Assembly: GCF_036321535.1 (NCBI RefSeq)
Contig: NC_087436.1
Span: 25,484,001 to 25,548,000 of the forward strand
Direction: 5' to 3'
Source: Camelus dromedarius
Taxonomy: Eukaryota
Length of the DNA stretch: 64,000 bases
Shown: positions 24,256 to 38,656 of the stretch, piece after piece
Numbering within the stretch: position 1 is the first letter of the stretch
Layout of the letters: every line of letters begins with the position of its first letter
Notes under the pieces: generated by a model
Told to the model about the DNA's origin: nothing
The model's input: only the letters and a program-made list of their open reading frames with translations
The model's database searches: none
Made by a program: the position numbers and the translations under genes

Positions 24256-27014
24256 ATGAGTAAAAAATATTTTCAATTCATCTTTAATTTGTTCAATGTC
24301 AACATTTATATAACTGTATCTAAGGAGAAATAAACTCTAGCATAATTATTTTTTCTAGCCATGATTCTCACTGGTGACTATGATACATTAAACCCAAATA
24401 ATGCATATACCTTGTAAATAACATAGTTTTTCTAATGCTAAGCAACATAGAATTTCTAAAATTCCCATTAAATTGTCCAGAATCATGGCATTCTTGAGGA
24501 AACAGACTTTCTTTCCTTGTAGTTGTTGAATATTATATATATTTTATAAATATATATAGCAAAACTTCAACTTAATAAACCATATCCTTGGTAAAAAATA
24601 AAGTAGCCCATATTCTAGTCTGTATTCTATAAAAACTTAGGTCTTATATAAATACATATTATATGGATGGCATTCACAAAGATAGATACCTTTTTTTAAG
24701 GTAGAATCAAGGTAGAAACTATTTTATATGTATACATGAGGTACTAAATAATATTTGATTTAATTTACTAATTTATAAGGAGTCTTCTCAATATCAGAAA
24801 TACATGGGAGAAAAAAAATCAGTGAACAAGGGTTTCCTTCAAAATAAAATTTCATGTCAGCATTACTCATAGAAGTAAGAGGTATATCTTATTAAAGGCA
24901 TTAATATCCTGGTACTTTCAACCACATGCCTCTGTCACGAGGTTTTATACCGTATTACGTCTTCAACTAAGAAATATGGTACCTGTACTGTTTTTTTGTT
25001 GTTGCAAGCCTCATAAATCACTTTAACAAAAAAATCAATTTAACAAAAACATTTACTTGAAGGATAAGGGTTTCTTATAGAGCCAAGAGTAGTTGATGTA
25101 TCAAGCTTAGGAAGGTTTAGGAATCAGGGCGGATCCAGGTTTCCAGATAGTTAAGAGCAGATTTTCTCAGGAACCAATGGATATAAATTAGCCTAAGGGC
25201 AAAATGTCAGGAGAGAGGAGGCAGTTGCCTGAATCTGAGTTAGGTGTTCACCTCTTGAAAGATGAAAGGTAGGGCACATTGAATTAGATCATTTCTAAGA
25301 GACAAAATTTACTAATGTGAACATAAATAAAAGGTAATAGTTACTAAATGGACCAAGGAATCCAATGCTTACTATCACTTAGAAAAGTATATGCAGAGAA
25401 CAGAGGTGTAGCAACACTGAATTAATAACACATCACACCATAATCTAGTAATCTGCAGTAGAGCAGAGTGTGGCAAACCAATTAGGGTTCTTAAAGAACT
25501 TCCTGTGTTTATTTTATGCTTGATAGATATGTAAAGGCATGCATTGAGAAGTTAATCTCCATGTAAGCGGTCAAGTGGAACAATCAGAAGTCAATAAAAG
25601 ATGAAAGTTCATGGTTTGCATTTTTTGAAGGCCAAAATTCATGTTTCTGGGGTAGGCAAGATTCAAAAGAATTGCTTTCTTCCTAGTTTAGCTTTATTCT
25701 GTTATATTTCTTTGGTGTTAGCACACTGCCAGCAGCTTTCCATCATTATGTCAGGCTAGTACTTCATAATATTTTTCACATTTTCTGCCTCATACATCAA
25801 ACTATAGAATTTTATCCATAAGGCAAAGCTGTCATTCTGTAAAATTTTTAGCAATGTTCTCATTTTTATCTGACATCTAGAAATACCTAAAGTAATAAAA
25901 AATCATTTTTACCTCATATTTGCTTTGGTTTTCATTCTGTCCCTGTCAGTCTATATACAGTACAGCAAGAGAAGATTTATATAACATCATTTTGGGTGTT
26001 CCAGAATCAGACAAAGAATCCTCACCTTAGTCGAATTTTTCCCCACAGAATTTCATATAAAAGCATAAAAATCTGTACTTAATACTATGGTTCTCTTAAA
26101 AATGTTACTTTTTGCAATGAACACTTTCCACTAAGTTTGTAATATATGTGTATGATAATTTATATGTAAAATAGTCAACAAATTACAAGGAAAGAAAGAA
26201 TTTTCAACAATGTCACTATTCTGGGCAATTTAAGAAAACATGAGAAAATTGCTTTTATGTTGCTTAGTATTGTCTCATGATAGATTTCAACTACTGAGAC
26301 ATTTGAAAAAATGATTTTACCAAACATCTAGGTTTCAATTCAATTCTGATAATGCAAACCAAGCACTAAAATAAAATCGTTATTTTCAAACAACTTATTT
26401 CCCAAATTGGTTTAAGTAAAAATGTACATTCATCCTTAACATGTCCCACTACAAAGACTTGGGGCAGTTAATGAGGAAGTACTTAATTTGATCCTTAAAT
26501 TCATCAAGGATTGCTGGAGAGCGTGACATTATTTCTGAATACTCAGGGCATAACTGGGTCAACTAGGATTAGCAAAAGTACATGCATGTATTATCAATTT
26601 ATGAAGAGAGTTTTTATTCTTGCTGTTTACCACTGTTTGACTGTTTTGCAGGTAAAATTAATGGAAGATACAAAAGCAACTCATTTGTAATGAATTCCAA
26701 AAATACTTCGTTTACTAAAGCTTCTAAAAAATGCATGACAACATCAAGTTATTTTGCTTTAAATAACAGCAATACCTAGCTTACCTACACTCATAGCATA
26801 AAAGGTTTTTAAGAGTTTTTACTTAGCCTATCATAAGTATACAAAAGCCAAAGTACTTTCACTATTCATTTAAAAATAATAATATTGAATGGTTTTCTTC
26901 ATTTATGAACTGTTTATAAATCATAGCTTGGTTTTATAATAATGACTACTTTTGCCTCAAAATTAATTGTAAAATGTATGTGATATAAAAGTGATTTTTC
27001 TTTAACTAAATAAT

Positions 27015-27425
27015 TGAATAAAAAGGCAAATACCGTATGATGTCACTTATATCTGGAATCTAAAAAACTGAATTCATAAAAACAGAGTAGATTGGTGGTT
27101 GCCAGGGATAAGGGAGTGGAGAAAATGGGTGAAACAGGTCAAAGGGCACAAACTTTCAGTTATAAAATGAGTAAGTCCTGGAGATCTAATGTACAGTATC
27201 ACGACTACGGTTAACAATACTGTACTGTGTACGTGAAAGTCACTGAGAGTAGAACTTAGATGTTCTCACCACACATACATAAAAATGGTAACAATGTGAG
27301 GTGATGGACATGTTAACCAACTTTATTATGGTTATTATTTCAAAATATATATGTATATCAAATCACTGTGTTTTAACCTTAAACTTACATAATGTTTTAT
27401 GTCAATTATATCTCAAAAAAAGCTG
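27015..27425 (+). mobile_element. L1 3'UTR fragment (L1MA/MB-like)
   Basis: caaataccgtatgatgtcacttatatctggaatctaaaaa...gagatctaatgtacag...tgtcaattatatctcaaaaaa. Confidence 0.88.
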
Positions 27426-28092
27426 GGAAAAATTAACTATACATAGAAACAAGCAAAAGAAATAAAACAAAACTAGTGTTTCTGTTACCAGACCTGACTC
27501 TGCAATTGACATAATTTGCCAAGAGGTCAAAGTAGTGTGTCCATTGCCAAATCTAAACAGGCAGTGTGCCTCTGGTAACCAGTTAACAAAACATTGCATT
27601 TTGTATTTATTTATAAACATATAATTTTTTTCCTGTATCACTAATACAGTAGCAACAAATAAACATTCTCTTGACTATTGGTAACTTTAGCTATATGTTT
27701 TTAAAGGCATAAAAGGGATTGATTCTTCACTGAGATGAACTAGCAAATGGGGTTTTAGATATTCATGAGATAAATAATTCCATTCATAATCCTAATAATT
27801 GGATGGCAAAGGAAGTATTTCATTTTTGATATTATAACTGATGAAAAACCTATGCTTAGGTTAACTCCTAAAGTGATGGGTTTGAGATATGAATCCAACA
27901 ACAACAAAAGTCCTCTTTCTTCCCATGCCTTGTCAACTTTATCAACTAATACCAAATCCCAGGTGAGAGTAAAATTACAATTCTCCATTTTCAAGGGTCA
28001 GCCTCCTTAATACTCATCTACTCATGGCTGTCTGGGCACATTCTCACTTCCTAATGCAATGACATCCATTCAGGCATTATTGGAAGAATCTT

Positions 28093-28635
28093 TGTGGGGG
28101 CCAAGAAAAATGGTTCATTCTCTTTGTGATAAAAAATGTTGCCAGCCATATTAGTAAACAAAGGATGCTGTGGTCATCCAGTCATCAATCACTACTGCCG
28201 CCCCTGACAGTGAGCAAAGGGAGACTGGGGTGGTGACAAGCAGGCAGCCTGGCCTCTGCAGCCACCCCCAACTGTGCACCTTGAGGGAACTTGGGATATG
28301 AAAGAACAGGATACTGGTGCATATCAAAGGAAAGATTTCAGTGAGCCCAGACCTTTGCATGTTCCCATACACAGAAAAGAACTAAATTCCTTAACTTGAA
28401 GTATCTGTTTTTCTGGTTGTTTGTTTGTTTGTTTGTTTTTTAATTAACAGTACTCTTTTGATGTTCCGACTACCTGGTCTTTGTTGCAGAAACTCACATA
28501 TTTTGGCTTCTCCCTGCCTCTTCGGTGTAGTCTCTTAGAGTAATCTCAGAGGCTGTCTCCTGCACTTGAATCCTCAGAAAGTCCAGCAAATAAATATAAC
28601 TCTCAACTTACAGGTTGTGCATTTTTTAGCCAACA
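28093..28635 (+). mobile_element. ERV solo LTR (~543 bp) with 4-bp TSD
   Basis: Begins TG (tgtgggggcc), ends CA (gccaaca), flanked by tctt on both sides (28089-28092 and 28636-28639); aataaa near 28589. Confidence 0.8.
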
Positions 28636-29901
28636 TCTTCATATTGTGTTTAGTCTGTCTTTATTCTCTTACATACCACCTGCCTGATCTTGTCCAGTGT
28701 TATCTCTCAAATTGGTGAATATTTTGTTTTCCTGAACCTTAAGTGCTAGAGATGTATCATGGAAAATCCCTGACATTTAGGATTTGGACTCAAATTCCAG
28801 TCTGCCACCTAATAGGGCTTCTTAATATCTAAAATTCTGAACTTGGTCAGAATGATAATGTTGCTTTCCAGTTTTAATGTTTTATGATTCTAATTGTCAG
28901 TTGCTTGATATAACACTTGTGAATTGGATGTGGCTAGTTTACTTTGACAATAATACAAGTATTATAATAATGATTATGGTCAGTATGTCCTGACACGCTT
29001 TTTAACAACAGAATTCAGATATTTCATCAATGCCATTATTCTAAACCCTCTACGTCTCTGAAGATGTTGAAATAAATTTCAATCTTCATGTTCAGGCAAA
29101 CATTTAATGAAAAGATGCAGGGCATTTCAAGTTGACCTACGTCTATTTTGGGGGTAGAGGCAGAACATCACAAGTTTGCATGTCAGCAATTAGAACAAAA
29201 GGATTCTACCCACTCTACTTGTTGGCAAAACAACAAGCCTAGAAAATATCTCCGCATTCAATGAGAGGGGGCTGAAAGTTATTTAAAAAAAAAAAAAAGT
29301 ATCCTCTTCCCAAAAATGATTAGGAGAAAAGTAGAGACTAAGTACCTCTATAAAAATAGCTTTCTAAAACTAAAATGTGGAAATATATAAATATTATATG
29401 CTTGGTGTTAATCAAATATATCAAAGAAGATAGAGTCTCTAAGAAAAAAGAGCTTGGACTCATAAAGGGAAATCACAACTGGGATGAAGACAAAAATGCA
29501 AAGAGAGTTAACTGGGAAAAAAATGCTTGGCAATGCAAAATACACTAATGGCAAAGATTATATTTGAAACTTTTGGAAACATGAATCAGTGATTTGAAGC
29601 ATACACTTGAGAGACTTGAAAGACTCACTGAGAAGGCAGTGGAAGATTAAAAGTGAGTTTAATGAAAGAGTGGGTATGAGCATTGAGAACCAGAGAATAG
29701 TAATCCAATCTAACACAGTTAGTTGTTGACAGAACAACCAACTCAAAAGGAATGAGAGCAGTAAAATTGTTAATATGAGGGCAAGAGACAAACTCATTAA
29801 TTCCAAAACTGAGTTTACAAATTCATAAGAATTACATTCCTGCATTAGAGAAATACTGACTTGTTCAATAAACTAAGGAAACTATTAGAATTTAAAATAA
29901 T

Positions 29902-30320
29902 ATGGATGGACCTGGAGACCGTCATTCTAAGTGAAGTAAGCCAGAAAGAGGAAGAAAAATACCATGTGATATTACTCATATGTGGAATCTAAAAAAAGAA
30001 AAAATAAGATACTAATGAACTTACCTACAAAACAGAAACAGACTCACAGACATAGTAAACAACTTTATGGTTACCGGGAGTAAAGTGGGTGGGAAGGGAT
30101 AAATTGGGAGCCCAAGATTTGCAAATATTAACTAGTATATATAAAATAGAAAAACAACAAGCTTCTTCTGTATAGTACAGGGAACTATATTCAATATCTT
30201 GTACCAATCTATAACAAAAAAATATGAAAACAAATATACATATCTATATGTATGACTGGGGCATTATGCTATATGCCAGAAATTGACACATTGTAAACTG
30301 ACTATACTTCAGTTAAAAAA
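29902..30320 (+). mobile_element. Camelid-type L1 3' end
   Basis: atggatggacctggag...gaagtaagccagaaaga...aaattgacacattgtaaactgactatacttc followed by an A-run. Confidence 0.9.
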
Positions 30321-30759
30321 GAATTCTTACTATCAAAATAACCACAGAATTTCAGACAAAATAATCTGTTTAGTCACAGAAAGGAAGCTACAAAGAAATT
30401 TCCCCCAATTTCAGAAACTGGGCTAAACATTTTGATTATGATGGTAGACACATTTATTTTTATTTTATTTATTTATTTATTTTAAGAAAAGGGAAAACAA
30501 AATAATGTTATATCATCAAAAAGCTGAATCCATAATAGGGGTTTAATAATCATTAGTCTTCATGTGATTCATCAAAACTTAAAATGGCATAATTTTTAGA
30601 AGTACAAAGGGAAAGCTAGAGAAACAAAATTATAGATTTTTTTTAGTCTTTGCCATATTAAGTAGACTAAAATGAATCAAAAACCAATATTTTAATTATT
30701 AAATACATATGTCCATTTTGATGAATTAAAAAAATAAAGTAACTAATATAATGTTGAAG

Positions 30760-31189
30760 ATAAAGATTAATAAAAGGGCACTTGTATTACCAGCTCTTCA
30801 ATAATATTTTAAAACTATAGTAATTAAAGATATGCAATTGGCACAATAAGTAATAGATCAGTGCAGCAGAACATAGCTCTGGAAAGAAATTTACATAAAA
30901 CTGAGCATGTTTTAAAGGCATACACATATGCCAGTATGTAATTATTAGGTATTTAAGAAAGTATGTGGGGGAAAACGGATATATGGGAGTTAAAAAAAAA
31001 ATCAAATCAGCTGTTCATCTCAACATATGCTAAGACAAGTTCCAGCTGAACTAAAAGTGAAACATAGAACATAAAACATTGTGGAAAGAAAACATAACAA
31101 CTGATCATGGAAAAGTCATTACCTTTCAATATGCAATAGAAATTAAACCACAAAACTGTGAATTTCAACCTGAACTTAAATGTCTGTAT
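30760..31189 (+). mobile_element. Old L1 ORF2 remnant (host of the 31190-34320 insertion)
   Basis: ggcacttgtattaccag...aaaactatagtaattaaaga...taatagatcagtg; decayed ORF2 C-terminal region. Confidence 0.55.
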
Positions 31190-34100
31190 TTATTTATTTA
31201 TTTTTTACTTTTTGAGGAATTTAATGTATAAATATTTACAAACATTAATATATCCAACCCTCAGAATTAATGGTAACATTTCTTCATAACTGTTTCCCAG
31301 TTTTTCATCTGAAGGGATTACAAATATGACTAAACTCATCTTTTACTAAGACCTATATTCCTATTTTTCATACATTTAGTATTTATCCTTTCATTCCATT
31401 TTACACACATAGGTATGCATTCATAAATGGTCTAAGAGCATTGTTTTTGGTGTATTTTTTAACTGCCACAAATTAAAGATATACAGATTATTTCACATCT
31501 TGCAGCATTATGTTTTTGAGATGTACCCACATTCTATCTGCTTTATAATGTTTCATCCTGAGATTGTGCCCTATTATATGAATGTCTTTATCCTTTAGTT
31601 GTTAAATACTTAGCTTATTCCCTTGATTTTGCTATTAAGGAAAAAATGCTTCTTTCTAGACATTGTCTTTGTTTTTTTCTTTTCCAGTTTTATTGACATA
31701 TAATTTATATAGCACTGTATAAATTGAAGGTGTACAGCATAATGATTCAACTTATATACAACATGAAATGATTACCTCAATAAGTTTAATGAAAATTCAT
31801 CATATCATATAGATATAAAAGAAAAAAAAGCTTCCTTTTGATGAGGAGTCTTACAGTTTACTCTCTCAACTTCCGTATTTTGTACACAGCAGTATTAATT
31901 TTATTAATTATGTTGACATTATATTCTTAGTGCTTATTTATCTTATAAACGGAGGTTTGTATCTTTTGACCACCTCCATGCAATTCCCCTTCCTTTCACT
32001 CCCTGCACTGTTTCTGGTAACCACAGATCTGATCTCTTTTTCTATGAGTTTGCTTTTTGGAGTATAATAGATCTACAACATTATGTTAGTTCCTGGTGCA
32101 TAACACAGTGGTGATTTGATATTTCTATAGATTAAAAAATAATCACCACTATAAATCTATTTACCACAGCCACATCCTACTCAAAGGTGAAAAGCTAAAA
32201 GCATTTCCTCTAAGATCAGGAACAAGGAAAGGATGCCCACTCTTGTCACATTTATTTAACATAATTGTATTGGAAGTCCTAGCTACAGCAATCAGACAAG
32301 AAAAAGAAATGGAAGGAATCAAATTGGAAAGGAAGAAGTAAAACTGTCACTGTTTGTAGATGATGTGATACTATATATAGAATATCCTAAAGACACACAG
32401 AACTACTAGAGCTCATCAATGAATTCAGTAAAGTTTCAGGATACAACATTAAAATACAGAAATTTGTTGCACTTCTATACATTAATAGTGAACTATCTGA
32501 AAGAGAAAATCAATCTTATATATAATTGCATCAAAAATAATAAAATAGCTAGGAATATATCGAACTAAGGAGGTAAAAGACCTGGACTTTGAAAATAAGA
32601 AGACACTCATAAAATTAGTGTAAGACTGCTCAAATTATGCTGTTCTCATGGATTTCTGGAATTAATACTGTTTAGGTGACTACACTACCCAAGACAATCT
32701 ACAGATTCAGCGCAATTTCTATCAAAATGGCATTTTTCACAAAACAAGAAGATACAATTTTAAATTTTGTATGGAAACACAAAAGATCCCAAATAGCCAA
32801 AACAATCTTGAGAAAGAACAGAGCTAGAGGTATCAAGCTTCCTGACTTCAGACTTTACTATAAAGTTAGTCATCAGAACAGCATGATACCGACACAAAAA
32901 CAGACATATACATCAACGGAACAACACAGAGACCCCAGAAATAAACCCCTGCTTATACGGTCAATTAATCTACAACAAAGGAGACAGGAATATACAATAA
33001 GGAAAACACAGCCTCTTCAACATACTGTACTGGGAAAACTGAACACTTGCATGCAAAATAATCAAACTGGACTACTTTTTAATACCATATACAAAAATAA
33101 ACTCAGAATAGATTAAAGACCTAAACATAAGACTGGAAACCATAAAACTCCTAAGAAGAAAACAGACAGTATGCATTTTGACATCAGGCTTGGCGATGTT
33201 TTTTTTTCAATCTGTCTCCTCAGGCAAGAGAAACAAAAGCAAAAATAAACAAATGAGACTACATCAAACCAAAAAGCTTTTGCACAGCCAAGGAAACTAT
33301 CAAAAAAAAAAAAAAATGAAAAGGCCACCTACTGAATGGGAGAAGATATTTGGAAATGATACATCTAATAAGTGGATAATATCTCAAATATATTTATCTC
33401 AAATATATAATATCTCAAAAATATACAAATAACTCATATACAACTAAATATATATATATAAAAAAAAACCAACCTGATTAAAAACAGGTAGAGGACTTAA
33501 AGACATTTTTCCAAAGAAGATACACAGATGGCCAACAGACACATTAAAAGATGCTGAACATCACCTATCATCAGGGAAATGCAAATCAAAATCACAATGA
33601 GATATCACCTCACCCTGTCAGAATGTCTACAATCAAAAAGGCAAGACATAACAAGTGTTGACAAGGATGTGGAGAAAAGCATGCACTGTTGGTGGGAATG
33701 TAAATTGGTCAGCCACTATGAAAAACAGCATGGTGTATCACTAAAAAATTAAAAGGAGAACTACCATATGACCCAACAATTCCACTTCTTGGTATTTTTC
33801 CAAAGAAAACAAAAACACTAATTTGAAAAGATATATGCACTCCCATATTCACTGCAGCATTATTTAGAATAGCCAAGATCTGGAAGCAACCTAGTGCCTT
33901 TTGATAGATGAATGAATAAAGAAGTAGTGATACATACCCACACACAATGGAATATTACCCAGCCATAAAAAAGAATTAAAATCTTGCCATGTGATAGCAC
34001 TGATGGACTTAGAGGGTATTATGCTAAGTGAAATAAGTTGGACAGAGAAAGACAAATACCATAGACTTCACTTATATGTAGAATCTAAAAAAAAAACAAA

Positions 34101-34320
34101 ACAAATGAACAGAGTTACAGATACAGAGAACTAACAGGTAGTTGCCAGAGTGGGGAGGAGTGGGGTGGGAGAATGAGTGAAACAGGTGAGAGAGATTTGT
34201 ACAAGAGGTACAAACTTCAGTTACAAAATACATGAGTCACATGAATGAAATGTACTTCCTGGGGAACATAGTTAATAATAATGTAACATCTTTGTATGGT
34301 GGCAGATGGTAAATAGACTT
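31190..34320 (-). mobile_element. L1 insertion with 5' inversion (twin priming) and putative 3' transduction
   Basis: L1 3'UTR on the minus strand at ~31668-32167 and ORF2/3'UTR on the plus strand at ~32168-34320, both ending at the same L1 position (ggtaaataga(c/t)tt). Imperfect TSD at 31174-31189 and 34317-34333. Confidence 0.8.
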
Positions 34321-34529
34321 AAAATGTCTCTATATATTTAACATCATATTGAAACAATATATTGATGTTAACATTTACTGAGAGTTTATTGTGAATGGGA
34401 GAAGATTACAACCCATTCTAATGAAAGTGGGTGTGAGCCCTGAAGAACAGAGAATGATAATCCAATCTAACATTATAGTTGCTGAAGGGACAGCAGTCAA
34501 TTTAAAAGAAAGATTTAAAAAAAAAAAAA

Positions 34530-34720
34530 GAGTTTCAGATTTATTAACATACCTAATCCTAAAATAGCCCAGTGATATAGATGCTATTACTGCCTCCCTT
34601 CTATGGATGAAGAAACAAAGGAACAGGTTAAGGAATTCACACAGGGTAACATAGCCAATAAGCACAGAGCCAGGATTAGAACCCAGATGATCTAACTCCA
34701 GAGCACAATTTTAAATTAGT
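34530..34720 (-). mobile_element. MIR fragment
   Basis: ctatggatgaagaaac...ggttaagg...cagagccaggattagaacccagat..tctaactccagagc. Confidence 0.7.
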
Positions 34721-35647
34721 ATTCTACTGTATCACAATGAAAATGGAAAATGAAAAAAAAAGTTTGTTACTAATTTGATAGGGAAATATTAGGTGCACAA
34801 CTCAAATACATATAGGAGAGACATTATTCAAATTTGCAAAATACAAAGACTTTTTAAATCAAAAATGAATTTTAAAAATGATACGGTCTGGTAAGACTGG
34901 TATTTTTATATAGGGTGTCAAATTTCTCGGAATTTTCTAGAAAGTGATTTGACTATATGAATCAGGAGCCTTAAAAAATTTTACATTTGGCCTTTGATCT
35001 AGGGATTTCAAATCTGGAGGGCACTCTAAGAAAATATTTAGTGATACAGAATGTACAATGTTCCATTATTTGTCACACTGGTCATTTGTATAAATATATT
35101 ATAGTGAGAAACCACTTTTCAAACCTGACTATCACAGTCCCCTGGGGAGTTGTACCCAGAATCACAGATTCAGAATTTAAAAAAGACCCACTGCTGATCT
35201 GTTGCAGAATCAGTGTTAAATAAATTATAGTACCTATTAGAATTCTTTTGTACATTGAATTTTTAAAATAATATTGAACATTATATTAAATATTTTCAAA
35301 ATTTTGATTTCAAATATATTAATTTTACAGTTAAAAAATATGAAGAACAGAGTAAACATATTGGCTCATGTTGAACAAATATGGCACAAAAATTCACTCT
35401 GGTCTACACTTCACTAGGAAAATAAAAGTTTACACATAGCGTATAGGCATTTACTCCAAGGCTCAGTTAATCTCACTATTAATTTCATGATCAAGTAACA
35501 TACACTCCGTTAAAGGTAGTGTTTTTATCTTGGTAATCTTCAGATCTCTAGGTACTAATAATCTTGCAGAAAGTTACCATTCAAAAAATGAATTAGTATT
35601 AACAAGAAAATGGCTAATAAATGACTGAACAAATATGAAAACAATTA

Positions 35648-36038
35648 TAATCAGCCCACCATATCCGTGGGTTCCGTATCCACAGATTCAATCAATCTGG
35701 ATCAAAAATATTTGGGGGAAAAAAAAAAAACTCAAGAAACTTTCCAAAGGCAAAACTCGAATTTGCCAAGCAGGCAGCTATTTACATAGCATTTACATTG
35801 TATTTAAAACTATTTACGTAGCATTTACATGTATGAGGTATTGTAAGTAATCAAGATGATTTAAAGCATAAGGGAGGATGTGCGTAGGGTATAGGCAAAT
35901 ATTTGCCTATATATTATATATAATACATGTAAAAATATTTATAGGACATTTTACATAAAGGACTTGAGCATCTGTAGATTGTGGTATGGTGGGGGAGTGT
36001 CCTGGAACCAACCCCCTATGGATACTGAGGGACGACTG
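35648..36038. mobile_element. MER2-like Tigger (Tc1/mariner) non-autonomous DNA transposon
   Basis: Terminal inverted repeats cagcccaccatatccgtggg and cccctatggatactgagggacgactg, followed by TA. Confidence 0.85.
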
Positions 36039-38656
36039 TACAGAACTACTTATGTATTAAAATATCCTTGGAATATCTATGTTTTCTCATCATTTATTTT
36101 TGAATATAAAATCCTCTACTCTTATGGGTTTAGAGTAGCCTATTCTGTGTAGTGTTTTTCTTACTCTTTGCATTAAAAAATATATTACTATCCTAAAATA
36201 TATGCGATTTCTCTGTTGGATTCTTAATTGCCTTATGCTCTTTTTCTAAGATTCGTAGACTTGAGTTTATGGTCAGACTTTTCTGTCAAGTATTAGAATT
36301 GCAAATAGGGCCCACTTGCTTTGTATTAGAAGAACAAGAGCTGCCAGTGTCTGAAAAGTTAATTAGACCAAACAGACAATTAATTACATCTTATTAATGT
36401 GTAAAAGACCTGTGACAAATTGCATTAATTGCATGCTCTTATACATCTGAAGAGGTCAGGCTACTTTAAAAGTATGTTGTTAATGGAAGACAAATATATC
36501 TTTATGTGCTTGATAAGAATATTATAAACCACATTATTTATGACTCCACTGGAATCCTTAATAATTTTAAGCTTTAAATGAAACTGCTCATTAAACAGGA
36601 GAGCTAGTACCAAGTTCTTAAAATAGGCTATAAAAGCTGGCTGCAGTGTAAGATAAATTTGAAGGTCTAGCATTTCCCCAGAATGTCTTTATACCCTTAT
36701 TTTTAAGTGACTGAGCCCTAGAGAAGCTAAACTTATCTTAATGTGCCCTTAGTAAAGGGGAGAATTCTTCCATTAACAGTATTCACCACAAAGAAATACA
36801 GGATTCATTTTTAAAAGCCCCTATTTGCTTAAACTGAGGATATCTATAGTTGAATACTCTCATTAGCTCTTAAGCTTTATTTTCAAACAAAAAAGATGGA
36901 AATAAAAAAAGTAATAAAGCTATGGGTGTGTGTTGTTTGCAGGGACAAAGGGAATTTTAGGAGACGGGCAAGACTAGAGGCAAAGAAATAGTAGTGGTAA
37001 AAGAATATGTTAGAAAAGTGGACAGAACACCAAACAGAAGCTTAGAGAGACACAAAGAAGTAGATGGAAACAATTTCAAATGAGGAATGACTCAGACTGG
37101 CTCTTGCAGGCAAATACTTAATTACATAAAGCAGCTTTAGTCTCTTTCATTGAGTACCTGTCAAGGGGAGGAAGCCCTAGCAATTTGAGAGGAAATTGTT
37201 TCTATTTCACTTAAGAAAACCGGGTGCTCACTCAGGGCTCTCAGAGAGGCTTCACAAATAATGTAGGATTATTTTTCTTATGTTTCCCAGAAACAAAGGC
37301 CTTCTCAAATGAACCTGTCACCACACTTTAGACGTTTATGGTTGGTGAGCTCGGTTCATCAAAGCAGGGTGCTCATGAAATCACAATGCCAAGCTTCACT
37401 CTGTCGGGAGTCTGGAAACTGCACACAGGCTTATAGTTAAAGAAGGGGCAAGGATAAAAGATAAACTCACACCTTCTGCTCTCTGTATGCCCATCCCAGC
37501 ATCTTCTTGCTGTTTTAATGGGCACCTGCATCAGAGCACACTAGAGCCGTTGCCCCTGTATGAACAAACTCAAGTAGGTGATTGAAACATCTGAACATTA
37601 GTAATTTCAATATAAAGCCCATAGAATTCATTTACTTTCTTTTGCTTTTCCATCTGTATCTCTTTTCCTACCTGTTGTTTATAAGTTAGACTCAAATGCC
37701 ATATTACAAAACTTTATAAAGTATCTACAGTAAGGTAATTTTTTACGCTCATGTATATAAAAAGGCCTATTTATAATAGGTATTTAAATAATAATAATTG
37801 AACCTAAACCTAAATCATTGGAAAATCAGTTCCAAAAAATTTAAACTTAAGATATTGGCAAAGTATGATGAGGTCTATTAAAGAATAAGTAGACAGATGA
37901 CCTCTGGGATTAGAAACTTAAGTCTGAAGACGAGAGTGTATTACATCACGCCTGATCGTTCCAATATTTCAGCTGAACAACTTTTGGATCACTAAGAAAA
38001 CTATCGTTATAAAAGCATAGATGAAATTAGTTGTCCAAATATATGGTGAACAATTTTATAAATGATCCAATCATAGTCATGGTTTTTTGAGAAATTCTTG
38101 GTGTATCTTCTACACTAAGCACTTGGTAAAAGTAAGTTTTCAATGCAACCATCTGTTCCACACATTCACATTTCATAAACTTTCTTCCTAGTGAAAATTT
38201 GCCATTATTGCTAATTGATTTTCAGTGTATTTCAGGTAAAACACTGAATTTCAGAGAGATTTAAAGGTATGCATTTAGGAGAGGAAAACTCATGCACGTA
38301 ATGTTGACAGGAAATTTTGGTATGAGCATTTATGTTGAAAAGAATGTGGTTTATTTAGGTCACTGTTATCTCCTTTTTCTGGAAAGTTGAAATCAAGGTT
38401 GGACAAAAAACCAAGAATAAGGGTCAGAGAGGGATTTTAAAAATGTCACTTGCCAGAATATGAAGCCAGGGATTCAAACACCAAAGGGATGAGATGAGTC
38501 AAACTATTAAGTGGTAATATGGTTAGCATGGTCACGGTCAAGCAATTGAAAACCATGTTGTTTCTGATAAACTTTTATGTATGCACTATACTAAATTTCA
38601 ATTGCTCACCACAAGTAAGATGCAAGAGACAGAACAGATGTAAATGGTAATGTTTT

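Noticed and set aside
25990..26100. Possible minus-strand exon ending in AG|gtgag at ~26025
   Set aside because: No convincing acceptor, no recognisable peptide and no partner exons.
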